Origin: Phaeosaccion multiseriatum
Lineage: Eukaryota > Protista > Ochrophyta, other classes
Length of the DNA stretch: 64,000 bases
Reading direction: 5' to 3'
Assembly (NCBI GenBank): GCA_965112735.1
Contig: CBCOSG010000002.1
Span: forward strand, 44,426-108,425
Shown here piece after piece: positions 46,301 to 56,887 of the stretch. The position numbers and the translations under genes are program-made. The notes under the pieces were generated by a model. It did not search any database, was not told the origin of the DNA, and was given only the letters and a program-made list of their open reading frames with translations. The stretch's first letter is position 1, and every line of letters begins with the position of its first letter.

Positions 46301-47878
46301 CTAATTATCAACAACTATACATTCAGTTGTTAAGATCATTCCTGCTATGGAAGATGCATTCTGTAAAGCAGAGCGACAGACTTTAGCTGGATCAATAATC
46401 CCAAAATCGAACATGTTTCCAAATTGGTTTAAAGCCGCGTTATAACCAAAAGAAAATTCTTTTTCTTGGACAGTTTCAACTATAACGAACCCATTCTTTC
46501 CTGTATTTTCTGCAATACGTTTTAATGGCTGAATAATTGCTGAAACCATAATAAGTGCACCCACTAGTTCATCTTTGACTAAATTTGTTTTTGCCCATGC
46601 TAGTAAAGAAGTCGATAAATGGACTAACATCGTACCACCCCCAGGAACAATACCCTCTTCTACGGCAGCACGGGTTGCGTTGATGGCATCTTCTAAACGT
46701 AATTTTTTATCTTTCATTTCTGTTTCAGTTACTGCCCCAACTTTGATTAGTGCTATTCCACCTGATAATTTAGCAATCCGATCTTGGAATTTTTCCTTAT
46801 CATAAACTGAATCACTAATAGCCATTTGTTTTCGTAATTGTTCGCAACGGGCTTGAATATTTTGACTGTTAACATCTGATACTAAAATTGTATTTTCTTT
46901 ATTTATAATAACTCGACGAGCTGTTCCAAGCCATTCTAATTTAATATTATCTAATTTTAGACCTGTTTCTTCAGTTATTAACGTACCTCCTGTTAGAATA
47001 GCAATATCTTCCATCATTGCTTTTCTAAAATCTCCAAAACCAGGAGCCCTTATTGCCACGACATTCATAATCCCCCTTAATTTATTTAAAACTAATGTAG
47101 CTAAAGCTTCTTTTTCAATATCTTCAGCAATAATTAATAATGGTCTTTTAGTAGCCGCTACTTTTTCTAATACAGGGATTAAATCTTGTTGAACAAGCTT
47201 AATCCGTTTATCTGTAACTAAAATATAAGGATTGTCGTATTCTACTTCCATACGTTCCGTATTTGTTATAAAATATGGCGATATAAAACCTTTATCTAAC
47301 CTCATACCTTCAGTTATTTCTAATTCAGTAGATACTTTAGTTCCTTCTTCTAAGGAAATGATTCCATCACGGCCTACTTTTTTTAGTGCATCAGCAATCA
47401 TTATTCCAACTTCTAAATTATTACCAGCTGAAATACTTGCAACTTGAGAAATTGATTCGCTATTTTCAATCGGTCGAGCATATTCTAAAATTTGCTCTGT
47501 AAGATATTTTGTGGCTTTTTGAATCCCAATTTTTAAAGAAATCGGATTTGCACCGGCAGCCACATTTTTCATTCCTTGTTTTACAATAGCATAAGCTAAT
47601 ACTGTAGCTGTTGTGGTGCCATCACCAGCTACATCATTTGTTTTTAACGCAGCTTGCCGCAATAATGAAACGCCTGTATTTTCAACATTATCTTTAAGTT
47701 TGACTTCCTTTGCAATACTGACCCCATCATTAATAATCTGCGGTGATCCAAGTCTTTTATCTAACACAACATTACGACCTTTTGGACCTAAAGTAACGGA
47801 AACTGCTTCAGTCATAATTTCCATACCTCGTTCTAAAGTTCGTCTTGCGTCTTCTTGATATAATATTCTTTTACTCAT
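46301..47878 (-). CDS. groEL: Chaperonin 60
   Basis: [26 protein letters not shown]. Confidence 0.99.
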   Translation of the reverse strand: MSKRILYQEDARRTLERGMEIMTEAVSVTLGPKGRNVVLDKRLGSPQIINDGVSIAKEVKLKDNVENTGVSLLRQAALKTNDVAGDGTTTATVLAYAIVKQGMKNVAAGANPISLKIGIQKATKYLTEQILEYARPIENSESISQVASISAGNNLEVGIMIADALKKVGRDGIISLEEGTKVSTELEITEGMRLDKGFISPYFITNTERMEVEYDNPYILVTDKRIKLVQQDLIPVLEKVAATKRPLLIIAEDIEKEALATLVLNKLRGIMNVVAIRAPGFGDFRKAMMEDIAILTGGTLITEETGLKLDNIKLEWLGTARRVIINKENTILVSDVNSQNIQARCEQLRKQMAISDSVYDKEKFQDRIAKLSGGIALIKVGAVTETEMKDKKLRLEDAINATRAAVEEGIVPGGGTMLVHLSTSLLAWAKTNLVKDELVGALIMVSAIIQPLKRIAENTGKNGFVIVETVQEKEFSFGYNAALNQFGNMFDFGIIDPAKVCRSALQNASSIAGMILTTECIVVDN

Positions 47879-48110
47879 TTTTTTATTACTAGTATTTATC
47901 TCAATAGTGTAAGCTACTAGTATTATATCTTATAAAAATTAGAAAATTAAAAATTTTAACTTCCTAGTTATATAAAACAATTTTAAAAATGTGAATTACC
48001 CCACTATACATAAGCTAATAATTTATTATATAATAATGTTTAAGTAGGTCTATTTAAAATATCAAAAAATTCATCTATATTAATAAATTAGGAGTACCTA
48101 AATTTAAAAA

Positions 48111-48136
48111 ATTATTATTATTATTATTATTATTAT
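48111..48136. repeat. (ATT)8 microsatellite in the groEL/dnaK divergent spacer
   Basis: Direct reading. Confidence 0.85.
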
Positions 48137-48216
48137 AAAAAATAAAAATACATGTTGAATGTTAGTATTAATGCCATTTATAGGCTGTTAATTATATATT
48201 ATATAAAAAAAATACA

Positions 48217-50064
48217 ATGACTGAAAATACAGCATCAAAAAAAATTGATAAAGTTGTCGGAATTGATTTAGGCACTACAAATTCTGTAATTGCAGTTTTA
48301 GAAGGGGGCTTACCTAATGTAGTTCCGAATACAGAAGGCTTAAGAACTACACCATCAATTGTAGCTTATACAAAAAAACGTGAATTATTAGTTGGGCAAA
48401 TTGCAAAACGACAAGCAGTTATAAATCCTGAAAATACATTTTATTCTATTAAACGTTTTATTGGTTCAAAATTTGATGAAATTAAAAATGATTCTTTTCA
48501 AGTACCTTATGAACTTAAAGCTGATGCTAAAGGAAATATTAAATTAGTTTGTTCAACTCTTGAAAAAGAATTTAGTCCAGAAGAAATTTCTGCTCAAGTT
48601 TTAAGAAAATTAACTTCAGATGCAGAACTTTATTTACAAAAATCTATTAATAAAGCTGTCATTACAGTGCCAGCTTATTTTAATGACTCACAGCGTCAAG
48701 CTACAAAAGATGCTGGTAATATAGCAGGTCTTGAAGTTTTAAGAATTATTAATGAACCTACTGCAGCCTCATTAGCCTACGGTTTAGATAAAAAAGATAA
48801 TGAAACAGTTCTAGTTTTTGATTTAGGTGGAGGAACCTTTGATGTTTCCATACTAGAAGTAGGCGAAGGAGTTTTTGAAGTACTTGCAACATCTGGGGAT
48901 ACACATTTAGGCGGAGACGATTTTGATGCAGCAATTGTAAAATTTTTATTAGAAGATTTCAAATCCAAAGAAGGGATCGATTTAGCAAAAGAACCCCAAG
49001 CATTGCAAAGATTAACTGAAGCCGCTGAAAAAGCAAAAATGGAACTTTCTACTGTTTTTGAAACTTCGATCCATTTACCTTTTATTACGGGAGACCAAAA
49101 TGGTCCGAAACATATAGAAACAACATTAACAAGAGATCAATTTGAATCTTTATGTAAGGAACTTATACTGAAATGTAGAGTTCCTGTTGAAAGTGCTATA
49201 AAAGATGCAAAAATTAATAAAAATGAAATTGATGAAGTAGTTATGGTTGGGGGTTCTACCAGAATTCCTGCTATTGAAAATCTTGTCAAAGAATTATCTG
49301 GAAAAACTCCTAACCAGACGGTTAACCCTGATGAAGTGGTCGCACTCGGTGCTGCGGTTCAAGGAGCAGTATTAGCTGGTGAAATAACTGACTTACTTTT
49401 ATTGGATGTAACACCTTTAGCTTTGGGTGTTGATACCGTCGGCGGTCTTATGAGTAAAATTATTCCACGTAATACCACAATACCGACAAAGAAAACAGAA
49501 GGATACTCAACTGCTGCTGATAACCAAACTAGTGTTCAAATTAAAGTATTTCAAGGGGAGCGGGACTTTACAGAATATAATCGATGTTTAGGAGAATTTG
49601 ATTTAGGAGGACTTGAACCTGCTCCACGAGGAGTTCCTCAAGTAGAAGTTACTTTTGATATTGATGTCGATGGTATTTTATCAGTTAAAGCAAAAGAAAA
49701 AACAACACAGAAAGAACAAGCAATAACAATAACCAATTCTACAAGGTTAGACAAAGAAGATATTGATCGTATGATTAAAGATGCAGAAGCTTCAGCAGAA
49801 GCCGATAAACTTGAAAAAAGAAAAATAGAATTATTAAATCAAGGAAATTCATTAAAAGACAAAGCTCAAACACAAATTGATAATCTGAACAGTATAGATA
49901 AAGAAAATAATTCCGAACTTATAGAAAAAATAAAAAAAGCTGTTGAAGAATTAAGTCAATCAATTAGTAATAAAGATATTGATTTATTAGAGAATCAAAT
50001 AAAAACATTGGAAGGATTATCATTTGAACTTAATTCAATTTTAAATACAAATAATAAAACATAA
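48217..50064 (+). CDS. dnaK: Hsp70 chaperone
   Basis: [27 protein letters not shown]. Confidence 0.99.
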   Translation: MTENTASKKIDKVVGIDLGTTNSVIAVLEGGLPNVVPNTEGLRTTPSIVAYTKKRELLVGQIAKRQAVINPENTFYSIKRFIGSKFDEIKNDSFQVPYELKADAKGNIKLVCSTLEKEFSPEEISAQVLRKLTSDAELYLQKSINKAVITVPAYFNDSQRQATKDAGNIAGLEVLRIINEPTAASLAYGLDKKDNETVLVFDLGGGTFDVSILEVGEGVFEVLATSGDTHLGGDDFDAAIVKFLLEDFKSKEGIDLAKEPQALQRLTEAAEKAKMELSTVFETSIHLPFITGDQNGPKHIETTLTRDQFESLCKELILKCRVPVESAIKDAKINKNEIDEVVMVGGSTRIPAIENLVKELSGKTPNQTVNPDEVVALGAAVQGAVLAGEITDLLLLDVTPLALGVDTVGGLMSKIIPRNTTIPTKKTEGYSTAADNQTSVQIKVFQGERDFTEYNRCLGEFDLGGLEPAPRGVPQVEVTFDIDVDGILSVKAKEKTTQKEQAITITNSTRLDKEDIDRMIKDAEASAEADKLEKRKIELLNQGNSLKDKAQTQIDNLNSIDKENNSELIEKIKKAVEELSQSISNKDIDLLENQIKTLEGLSFELNSILNTNNKT

Positions 50065-50220
50065 TGACAACACTTATTTTTATTGCATTCGCAATAATTA
50101 TTAATTTTTATACTCCAGAAATTAGATAGAGAACCAATCGAGACGGAAGAGTATACAAAAAATAGAGACGTAAAAGGTTTTCCTTATGAATATTATAAAG
50201 ATGAAGTTTTAACATATGAA

Positions 50221-51216
50221 ATGTTAGAATTTCGTATCCGAGCAATGTATACATATTTTATGATGTATATTACCGGTATTTTTTCTGGCAGTTCGATGCT
50301 GAGTCAAGTAGTATTCACACCACCAACCTCGGTGGAAAAATTGATTCCGAATCAACTCGATTCTCAAATCAAGCAAGAAGAATTACTACTAACCACACGG
50401 AGAGGTGCCATTAATCTTGAGACGTTTAAATTTCTGATTGAATTATATCTGGCATTGACAAGCCTCAAAAATTCAGAAGGATTTCAGTCCTCAAGACCCC
50501 CAGGACAACACTTTAACTTTGGCCATCCAGGTCAAAGAATGCAACCAAACACACGGGTTGCAGTAAGATCAAATGAGAACCCCATTAATAGAAATAATGG
50601 GGGACCAGGGAATTGCCGGTCACAGAATGTTCCTAATCCTTCTATCCAGGAATTAGCAAACTCTATGAGTCCGGCCCATCGAGAATTTAAGAAGAAATTT
50701 CTCCCGGAACCGGCCCCAGAACGGTATGATACGAGAGAAGTTGCCCCTCCAGTATTTAAAGGATTGGCAACAAATACGAAAACCGGGAAATCTGGAAAGA
50801 CTTCCATGGAGGAGGCTTTAACAATAATTGAAGCCGAATCCAAAAATATGGCTATAGAACCAATTCGGCCGACTAAAGAAGAAATAAAATCAGTGGATTT
50901 AGACTTTAAAGTCCAAGGGCCAGCCCCGTTTACCTATACTGATGTAAAAACTCCGGTAGGATCGGAGATTTTACAGAAACAAGGGCAAACGGACAATCTA
51001 GAGACCGTAAGTTATAGACTCGGTCAAAATATTGTTAAGCAGAAAAGGAAGTTCATTGGTAAAGCCGATGATCTGCTGAGTGAAAAAAATGTTGGGCATA
51101 TAGTAGATTTATACTACGTGCCCATTAATGAAAAATCATTCGTTAAAAATAAGATATTAGAAGGTGCCCGAGATGAGGGCAGTGATTCTGGAATCTCATT
51201 TTTAAATGAGAAATAA
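50221..51216 (+). CDS. ORF331, putative PD-(D/E)XK (restriction-endonuclease-fold) nuclease/toxin C-terminal domain after a low-complexity linker
   Basis: Intact ORF, visibly GC-richer codons; SMEEA...LDFKVQG...TDVKTP...KQ...HIVDL pattern; function is inferred. Confidence 0.55.
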   Translation: MLEFRIRAMYTYFMMYITGIFSGSSMLSQVVFTPPTSVEKLIPNQLDSQIKQEELLLTTRRGAINLETFKFLIELYLALTSLKNSEGFQSSRPPGQHFNFGHPGQRMQPNTRVAVRSNENPINRNNGGPGNCRSQNVPNPSIQELANSMSPAHREFKKKFLPEPAPERYDTREVAPPVFKGLATNTKTGKSGKTSMEEALTIIEAESKNMAIEPIRPTKEEIKSVDLDFKVQGPAPFTYTDVKTPVGSEILQKQGQTDNLETVSYRLGQNIVKQKRKFIGKADDLLSEKNVGHIVDLYYVPINEKSFVKNKILEGARDEGSDSGISFLNEK

Positions 51217-51245
51217 ATTATTTATTTTATGTAATACTAAGGTAA

Positions 51246-51716
51246 ATGGAAAAAAATAAACCACATATACTGGTTCAAAATCAATATTTTCTAAATGAAT
51301 CGAGCTTAGAAGAGTATATTGCATGGGGTGCTTTGCCTAGAATCTCTTTCGTAGGTTGTCATTTTGAAAACGTTGATTTAATGGGACTAGTTTTTGGATC
51401 TTGTCGTTTTCAAAATTGCACATTTAACCATTTTAACGCTAGGAAAGGTAAGTTTTCAGCTTGTTATTTGGAAGATTGCAAAATGACTAATTCGGATATG
51501 ACAAGAACAGAATTTTACGATACCTATCTTAAAAACTGTGAGTTTTTAGGTGTTGATTTAGCAGCAAGTGATTTTGATAAATGCAAATTTAAGGGAACAA
51601 GGTTTTTAAAATGTAATTTGTATGTAATACTAATTGACGACGTCAAAATTTGGAACTCAAAAGAATGGGTTGATATCAACGATTTTTCTAGTTTTGAGAA
51701 GTACTTAGATGAATAG
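51246..51716 (+). CDS. Pentapeptide-repeat protein
   Basis: Tandem 5-residue periodicity FVGCH-FENVD-LMGLV-FGSCR-FQNCT-FNHFN...FLGVD-LAASD-FDKCK-FKGTR-FLKCN. Confidence 0.9.
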   Translation: MEKNKPHILVQNQYFLNESSLEEYIAWGALPRISFVGCHFENVDLMGLVFGSCRFQNCTFNHFNARKGKFSACYLEDCKMTNSDMTRTEFYDTYLKNCEFLGVDLAASDFDKCKFKGTRFLKCNLYVILIDDVKIWNSKEWVDINDFSSFEKYLDE

Positions 51717-51987
51717 CAATTAGAATCCGAATCTACAGGTTAGAGTTCTCATTTCTGAGTATATTTGATTATCTGTTTCCTTGATTAATTTAAATGGAAA
51801 TATGTGGTTGTGTATTTATTGTTAGACTAATAACTGTTCATCTGTGGTAAACCCTAAACGAACTAAAATATTTTGTAATTTAATCTTTAAATATTCTGAC
51901 TTTTGATACAAAGTATGGTAAGGTTTTTTTTAAACACATATTAATTACTCCGGAGGAAAAATATTTGAATAAATTCCAAACAATTAT

Positions 51988-52560
51988 CGATATGACTATA
52001 CAAAATTAAACTCTAAATCTCAAGAGGAGAATTCTTCTTTGGAAGGGGGAGAAGGGGAGATTTTTTAGATTAGGAATTCCAACAAAAAATATTCGGGTAG
52101 AAATCGATTCACCAGCTGGTAAGATTGAAGATCGACATATTTTTTATCATTTGATCGATGATGAATGGAAAGAAAAGAATCTATTATTAGTTACTAAAAT
52201 TGATCATTGCATTAGAAATATACTTAAATTTTTAAAATTGCAAGAACAACTTCATAATAAAGTAATTCATATATTTCATGGGATTTGACATATTCGAATG
52301 ATATGACTGTTAATGAGTTATTTTCGAAAATGAACGTCGGAAAAAAGGATAACACCAATAAATTCAAGCTGCCAAACAAGTTGGCAAGTACCTTGGACAA
52401 AAAACTGTTATTCACAAAAAAGTTAACCTCTCACCTCAAGTTTAAGATTTGAAAAAAACTAAGAATCTTTCTATGACTCAAATAATAAAAATAACTAACT
52501 GAACGAGGGCACACTACAATTTACAAAGTTTTGAAAGAGGAATTAAATTACATTCCCTCT
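51988..52560 (+). pseudogene. serC: Serine recombinase (resolvase) pseudogene
   Basis: Across frameshifts: RYDYTKLNSKSQEENSSLE, GIPTKNIRVE, LLLVTKIDHCIRNILKFLKLQ, FENERRK, QAAKQVGKYLG, HTH LSMTQIIK...TIYKVLKEELNYIP. Confidence 0.85.
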
Positions 52561-52597
52561 AATTGATTAGTAAAAAATGTAAACCAGGAAGTAGTAA

Positions 52598-53130
52598 ATG
52601 AAGGAAAATAGATTAAATTTTGAATCGGAGAATTTAGTAGTGGATTATATTTTTTTAAAGTTTCAATACTTAAAAAATTGGAAAGAAATAGAATTAGCCT
52701 CTTATTTTTTGAAACTTGGGTTTAATTATTATAAAGAGCCAGGAAAACTAATAAAATCTTTCCGGAAAATTTTTTGGATATTTGCCATAGGAAAGTAGAA
52801 AAAATTAATCAAAACGTTAGTTTAAAAAAAAATCAAAAAGGTCTAATTTTAAAACTGGGGAGTCGAAAAGATAATAATTATTGTAGTATTTACAAAGAAA
52901 AAACTTTCTTAAAATTTGAATATGAAATAAAAAATCAACTTCTTCGAAAGTACTACAGTTTGTTGATATCAAATTGTTTAGAAGAATTGGAAAATTTAAT
53001 GTGTGAAGGGGATTGCGTTATTTTGGTAAACTACTACTTTAGAGAAATCTTTTACAGATTGATTAGTGGTCAAGTTAGGACCACTTTGAAATATTTTACT
53101 TTATCCTACTTTTTTATAAAGTTATAATAT
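52598..53130 (+). pseudogene. Internally deleted, frameshifted plasmid Rep-like ORF (N-terminal/central part)
   Basis: LNFESENLVVDYI, LASYFLKLGFN, KNQKGLILKLGSRK, SIYKEK, LKFEYEIK, YFGKLL; same family as 40175-41640. Confidence 0.8.
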
Positions 53131-53428
53131 AAGAGTTACAATTAGTTAAAAAGACCAACTATCAGTTCTAAATTATAAAATTTACGTTTCAATCATATTG
53201 ATAATATTACCGTCACGATCTCTTTTTTTTCTCTTAACTTTAATCTTGTTTTAAGTTTTTGATTTATTTCAAATGTTCGATTTTTTTTATTATCTTTCTT
53301 CTTTTTTTGTTCGTCTTTTTCATCATATTCAGTATTATGTTTTGGATTAACATAAAGAATTTGTCGTTCTTTAAAATTTATTTGGGATTTTAAAGAATTA
53401 TTTTTAAACTCTTTTTTATAACTTATAA

Positions 53429-55999
53429 TTAAATCTTTGTATTTTTTTTTTGTTCTTCAAATTCTTTTTTTTCTCTTTTCTTCTTCATTTCTTCTGTTTC
53501 CTTTTCTAATTTTTTGTCATTTCCTTTTTTATTTTTATCAATTGTTTCACCTTGAGCTGTATGCTCAGGTATTCCTAGCATTTTGCTACTTTCATCTTGT
53601 TTAACCATAGGGTAAACATTTTCTTTTTCATTAACAACAAATTCAATTAAGGTTGGTTTATTTAAACTTAGTAACTTTTCTAAATTCTCATTCATTTGTT
53701 GACGTGAATAAATAGAAACTCCATCAAGACCATAAGAATTAGCTAAATTTGTAAAGTTAGGTGAACCTTTTTCCATATTGGAGTGTGAGTATCTTTTTTG
53801 ATAAAATGTCTCTTGCCATTGCCGAACCATACCTTGCCATTTATTATTAATAATTAAAATTTTAATTGGAAGTTCATATTTGGCAATTGTTCCAAGTTCT
53901 TGTAAATTCATTTGAAAACTTGAATCACCAGTGATACATATCACTTTATCCATGGGGTAGCTTATTTGAACACCAATGGCTGCAGGTACCCCATACCCCA
54001 TGGTCCCTAAACCGGCACTCGACATCCATCTTCTTGGTTTACAAGTAAGAAATTGAGCAGCCCACATTTGGTGTTGTCCAACATCAGTTGTAAAAAATGC
54101 ATTAGGTTGAAGTTTGCCCGTTAATTTAATAACATCTTGAGGTAAAAAAAGGTTTTTATTTTCTTCTACTTCTTGTTCTGTTTTTGTTAATTTTGGTGTT
54201 AATGGAAATAATATTTTCCAATAAAAAACTTTTTTTAACCATTCAAAAGAATTTGTTTTTAATTTTTTTTTTTTTACTGTCAAATAATTTTGTACCTCTA
54301 GTCCAATCAATTCTTTTTTATTTGTTTTTTGAATCTGAGGGGTTATGATATTATGCATAAGTTCCTCTTTTATTAATTCATGAAATATAATTCGAAGATC
54401 TCCCCGAATTCCTAGATGGGTAAATTTATTTTTACCTAGTTCGGTTGGATCAATATCAATGTGTATAATAGTTGCTTTAGGAGCAAATTTTCTGATATTC
54501 CCGGTTACACGATCATCAAATCTAACACCTACAGCTATTAATAATTCACAAGTACTTATAGCAAAATTAGCGTAGGCTGTACCATGCATCCCTAGCATGC
54601 CAAGTGATAAAGCATGATCTTCATCAATTATCCCTTTTCCCATTAAAGTAGTTGTAATTGGAATTCTATTTCTTAAAGCAAAATCAACAACTAATTCTGA
54701 GCAATTAGCATTTAGTACTCCCCCTCCAACATAAAGTATTGGACGCGAAGTTTGTTTAAGTAGACGAAACATTTGATTAATCTTATTTGATTCAAGCCAA
54801 AAGACAAATTTTGAACTTACTTTATGTAAAAGTTGCTGTTTGGTACTTATCTTATATTGCAACTGTGCTTTCTGAAAAAATTCTATTCCTGAATCTTTTG
54901 GGAAATCAATAACAACTGGCCCTGGCTTTCCATTTTGTGCTATATAAATTGCTTTAGAAACGTCGTGACTTATCGTACTTAAATCTCTAATAATATATGA
55001 ATATTTGGCAATGGGTAATGTCATAGTGAATATATCAATTTCTTGAAATGCATCAGATCCCATAAGAAATGTGTTAACTTGTCCTGTTAAGACTAATAAT
55101 GGAATAGAATCTAAAGCTGCAGTTGCAATTCCAGTTAATAAGTTTGTGGCCCCAGGGCCTGATGTGGCAATACATACACCTATATTTCCAGTTGCCCTAG
55201 AAAATCCATCAGCGGCGTGAGCAGCGCCTTGCTCATGTCTTACTAGATAGTGGACAATACATTGACGATTTTCCCAAAAATATAATTCATCGTATACAGG
55301 TAAAACTGCCCCCCCAGGATATCCAAAAATTGCCCACACACTATTACGAATTAAGCTATCAATTAAAATATACGCCCCGGTATATTTAAAATCTAAATTT
55401 TTACAAGATGGAATTATATTAATTAATTTTCTTTTTTCTGTGAAAAAGACTTTTTCTCTATTGAAATTTTTATATAACGTAATAGCTAGTTCAGTATTAA
55501 TCTGGTTTCCCACTTTTTTATGAATTTCTTTTGATCTAGCTCGATTAATTTTACGCTTTCCGAGTCTAACGAGTTCTTTAATTTTATTTTCTTCATCAAC
55601 TGTCATTAAAGGTAATACACCCGCATTGAACAATCTTTCTAAAGCAGGTCTTTCCCGATAAATTAAATTTAAAAATAATGTACTGCCTATTTCTAATTGA
55701 AAAGCTTCAAAAGTATCTTCATCTAGAATATATTCTAGCCATTCTTCTATATTTAATATCTGTAATTTTAAAATACTATGCTTCTCTTTAAAAAAATACT
55801 TTGCGCAAAAATTTTCATAAATATCCCATAAAATTTTTTCTCGTCGGGTTGGCAACTTTACCCGTTTTAAATTTTTAGGAACCATTTCTTCTTTATAGAA
55901 AATCGGCTTTCTATCTTTAACTACTTGGTTTATTTCATAATTTACTTTAGAACTGTCTTCTAAATTTAAAATATCAATTTCGATATCATTAATAAGCAT
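53429..55999 (-). CDS. ilvB: Acetolactate synthase large subunit with about 200 aa N-terminal extension and charged tail (may extend to 53193 across an A10 frameshift)
   Basis: FGYPGGAVL, RHEQGAAHAADG, TDVGQHQMW, TPP motif GDSSFQMNLQEL...NN. Confidence 0.95.
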   Translation of the reverse strand: MLINDIEIDILNLEDSSKVNYEINQVVKDRKPIFYKEEMVPKNLKRVKLPTRREKILWDIYENFCAKYFFKEKHSILKLQILNIEEWLEYILDEDTFEAFQLEIGSTLFLNLIYRERPALERLFNAGVLPLMTVDEENKIKELVRLGKRKINRARSKEIHKKVGNQINTELAITLYKNFNREKVFFTEKRKLINIIPSCKNLDFKYTGAYILIDSLIRNSVWAIFGYPGGAVLPVYDELYFWENRQCIVHYLVRHEQGAAHAADGFSRATGNIGVCIATSGPGATNLLTGIATAALDSIPLLVLTGQVNTFLMGSDAFQEIDIFTMTLPIAKYSYIIRDLSTISHDVSKAIYIAQNGKPGPVVIDFPKDSGIEFFQKAQLQYKISTKQQLLHKVSSKFVFWLESNKINQMFRLLKQTSRPILYVGGGVLNANCSELVVDFALRNRIPITTTLMGKGIIDEDHALSLGMLGMHGTAYANFAISTCELLIAVGVRFDDRVTGNIRKFAPKATIIHIDIDPTELGKNKFTHLGIRGDLRIIFHELIKEELMHNIITPQIQKTNKKELIGLEVQNYLTVKKKKLKTNSFEWLKKVFYWKILFPLTPKLTKTEQEVEENKNLFLPQDVIKLTGKLQPNAFFTTDVGQHQMWAAQFLTCKPRRWMSSAGLGTMGYGVPAAIGVQISYPMDKVICITGDSSFQMNLQELGTIAKYELPIKILIINNKWQGMVRQWQETFYQKRYSHSNMEKGSPNFTNLANSYGLDGVSIYSRQQMNENLEKLLSLNKPTLIEFVVNEKENVYPMVKQDESSKMLGIPEHTAQGETIDKNKKGNDKKLEKETEEMKKKREKKEFEEQKKNTKI

Positions 56000-56018
56000 T
56001 ATTTTTCCTCATAACTAA

Positions 56019-56213
56019 TTAATAATTAAACATTTTTAATAATACCAATATTATACTACTAATGAAAATAATAAAAATTAAAACAATCCACACTTTGTTA
56101 GAGGATTTTTTAATTATTTCTAATATGGGTGACACTATTACTAATATTAATCCCAGTAAACTTGTAATAAAAAATCTGGGGTACTTCTGAATAAGATCTT
56201 TAAATAAATTCAT
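56019..56213 (-). CDS. ycf33: Ycf33
   Basis: KYPRFFITSLLGL motif, two TM helices. Confidence 0.9.
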   Translation of the reverse strand: MNLFKDLIQKYPRFFITSLLGLILVIVSPILEIIKKSSNKVWIVLIFIIFISSIILVLLKMFNY

Positions 56214-56407
56214 ATATATATTTTACTTTGTTATAATTAAATAATAAGGCTATTAAGTTTATTTACCTACGACTAATTTTTATTTTTATTTTTATCGTTA
56301 AAATTTTGGTATTTTCAATTAGGTTCATAATTTAAAACCTTATACCATAATACTAATATATGGTAACATAATGTGAGTATCCATAATTATATCAAATAAA
56401 CTTATTT

Positions 56408-56797
56408 ATGACTAACTTTATAATTTCTATAAATTCACAACAAATAATGAATTCTATAGAAAAATTCTATTATAAAAAAAATATTCCAAAAATTAAAATT
56501 GGTTCACTTATAAAACTCGGGTTTTTAATTAAAGAAGGCAATAAAGAAAGAATTCAATTTTATCAAGGGATAATTATTGCTAAAAATAATGCAGGAATAA
56601 ATAAAAGTTTTACAGTTAGAAAAATTGTTCAAGGAATCGGTGTAGAAAGAATTTTTTTATTACATTCTCCTAAAATTAGTTCTTTTAGTCTTAATAAAAT
56701 TTCTTATGTTAGACGTTCTAAACTATATTATTTAAGAAATTTATCAGGAAAAGCTAGTCGATTGAAAGAAAAATTTAATTCGCAAAAAACAAGTTAA
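56408..56797 (+). CDS. rpl19: 50S ribosomal protein L19
   Basis: EGNKERIQFYQG, GVERIF, VRRSKLYYLR. Confidence 0.98.
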   Translation: MTNFIISINSQQIMNSIEKFYYKKNIPKIKIGSLIKLGFLIKEGNKERIQFYQGIIIAKNNAGINKSFTVRKIVQGIGVERIFLLHSPKISSFSLNKISYVRRSKLYYLRNLSGKASRLKEKFNSQKTS

Positions 56798-56803
56798 CGT
56801 AAA

Positions 56804-56887
56804 TGCATCCGGCTGGATTCGAACCAGCGAAGTTCATAAGAATACGGATTATGAGTCCGGTGCCTTCAACCGCTCGGCCACGGATGC
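56804..56887 (-). tRNA. trnI: tRNA with CAU anticodon and long variable arm, probably tRNA-Ile(CAU)
   Basis: GCATCCGTGGCCGAGCGG...CTCATAA; GCATCC acceptor typical of trnI(CAU). Confidence 0.8.

Larger units (their letters stand above)
50064..53170 (+). mobile_element. Integrated plastid-plasmid-derived island (ORF331, pentapeptide protein, serC pseudogene, rep pseudogene)
   Basis: Co-directional foreign genes between dnaK and ilvB; resolvase followed by a Rep-like ORF as on diatom pCf-type plasmids; boundaries approximate. Confidence 0.75.

Noticed and set aside
47879-48216. CIRCE/HrcA operator between groEL and dnaK
   Set aside because: TTAGCACTC-N9-GAGTGCTAA is not present
46575-48968. 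Antisense ORFs within groEL and dnaK
   Set aside because: Typical stop-poor antisense frames of chaperone genes
50532-50843. 103 aa ORF antisense to ORF331 as a possible antitoxin
   Set aside because: No recognisable motif; expected by chance in GC-richer sequence
52224-52415. 63 aa minus-strand ORF
   Set aside because: Antisense to the serC pseudogene
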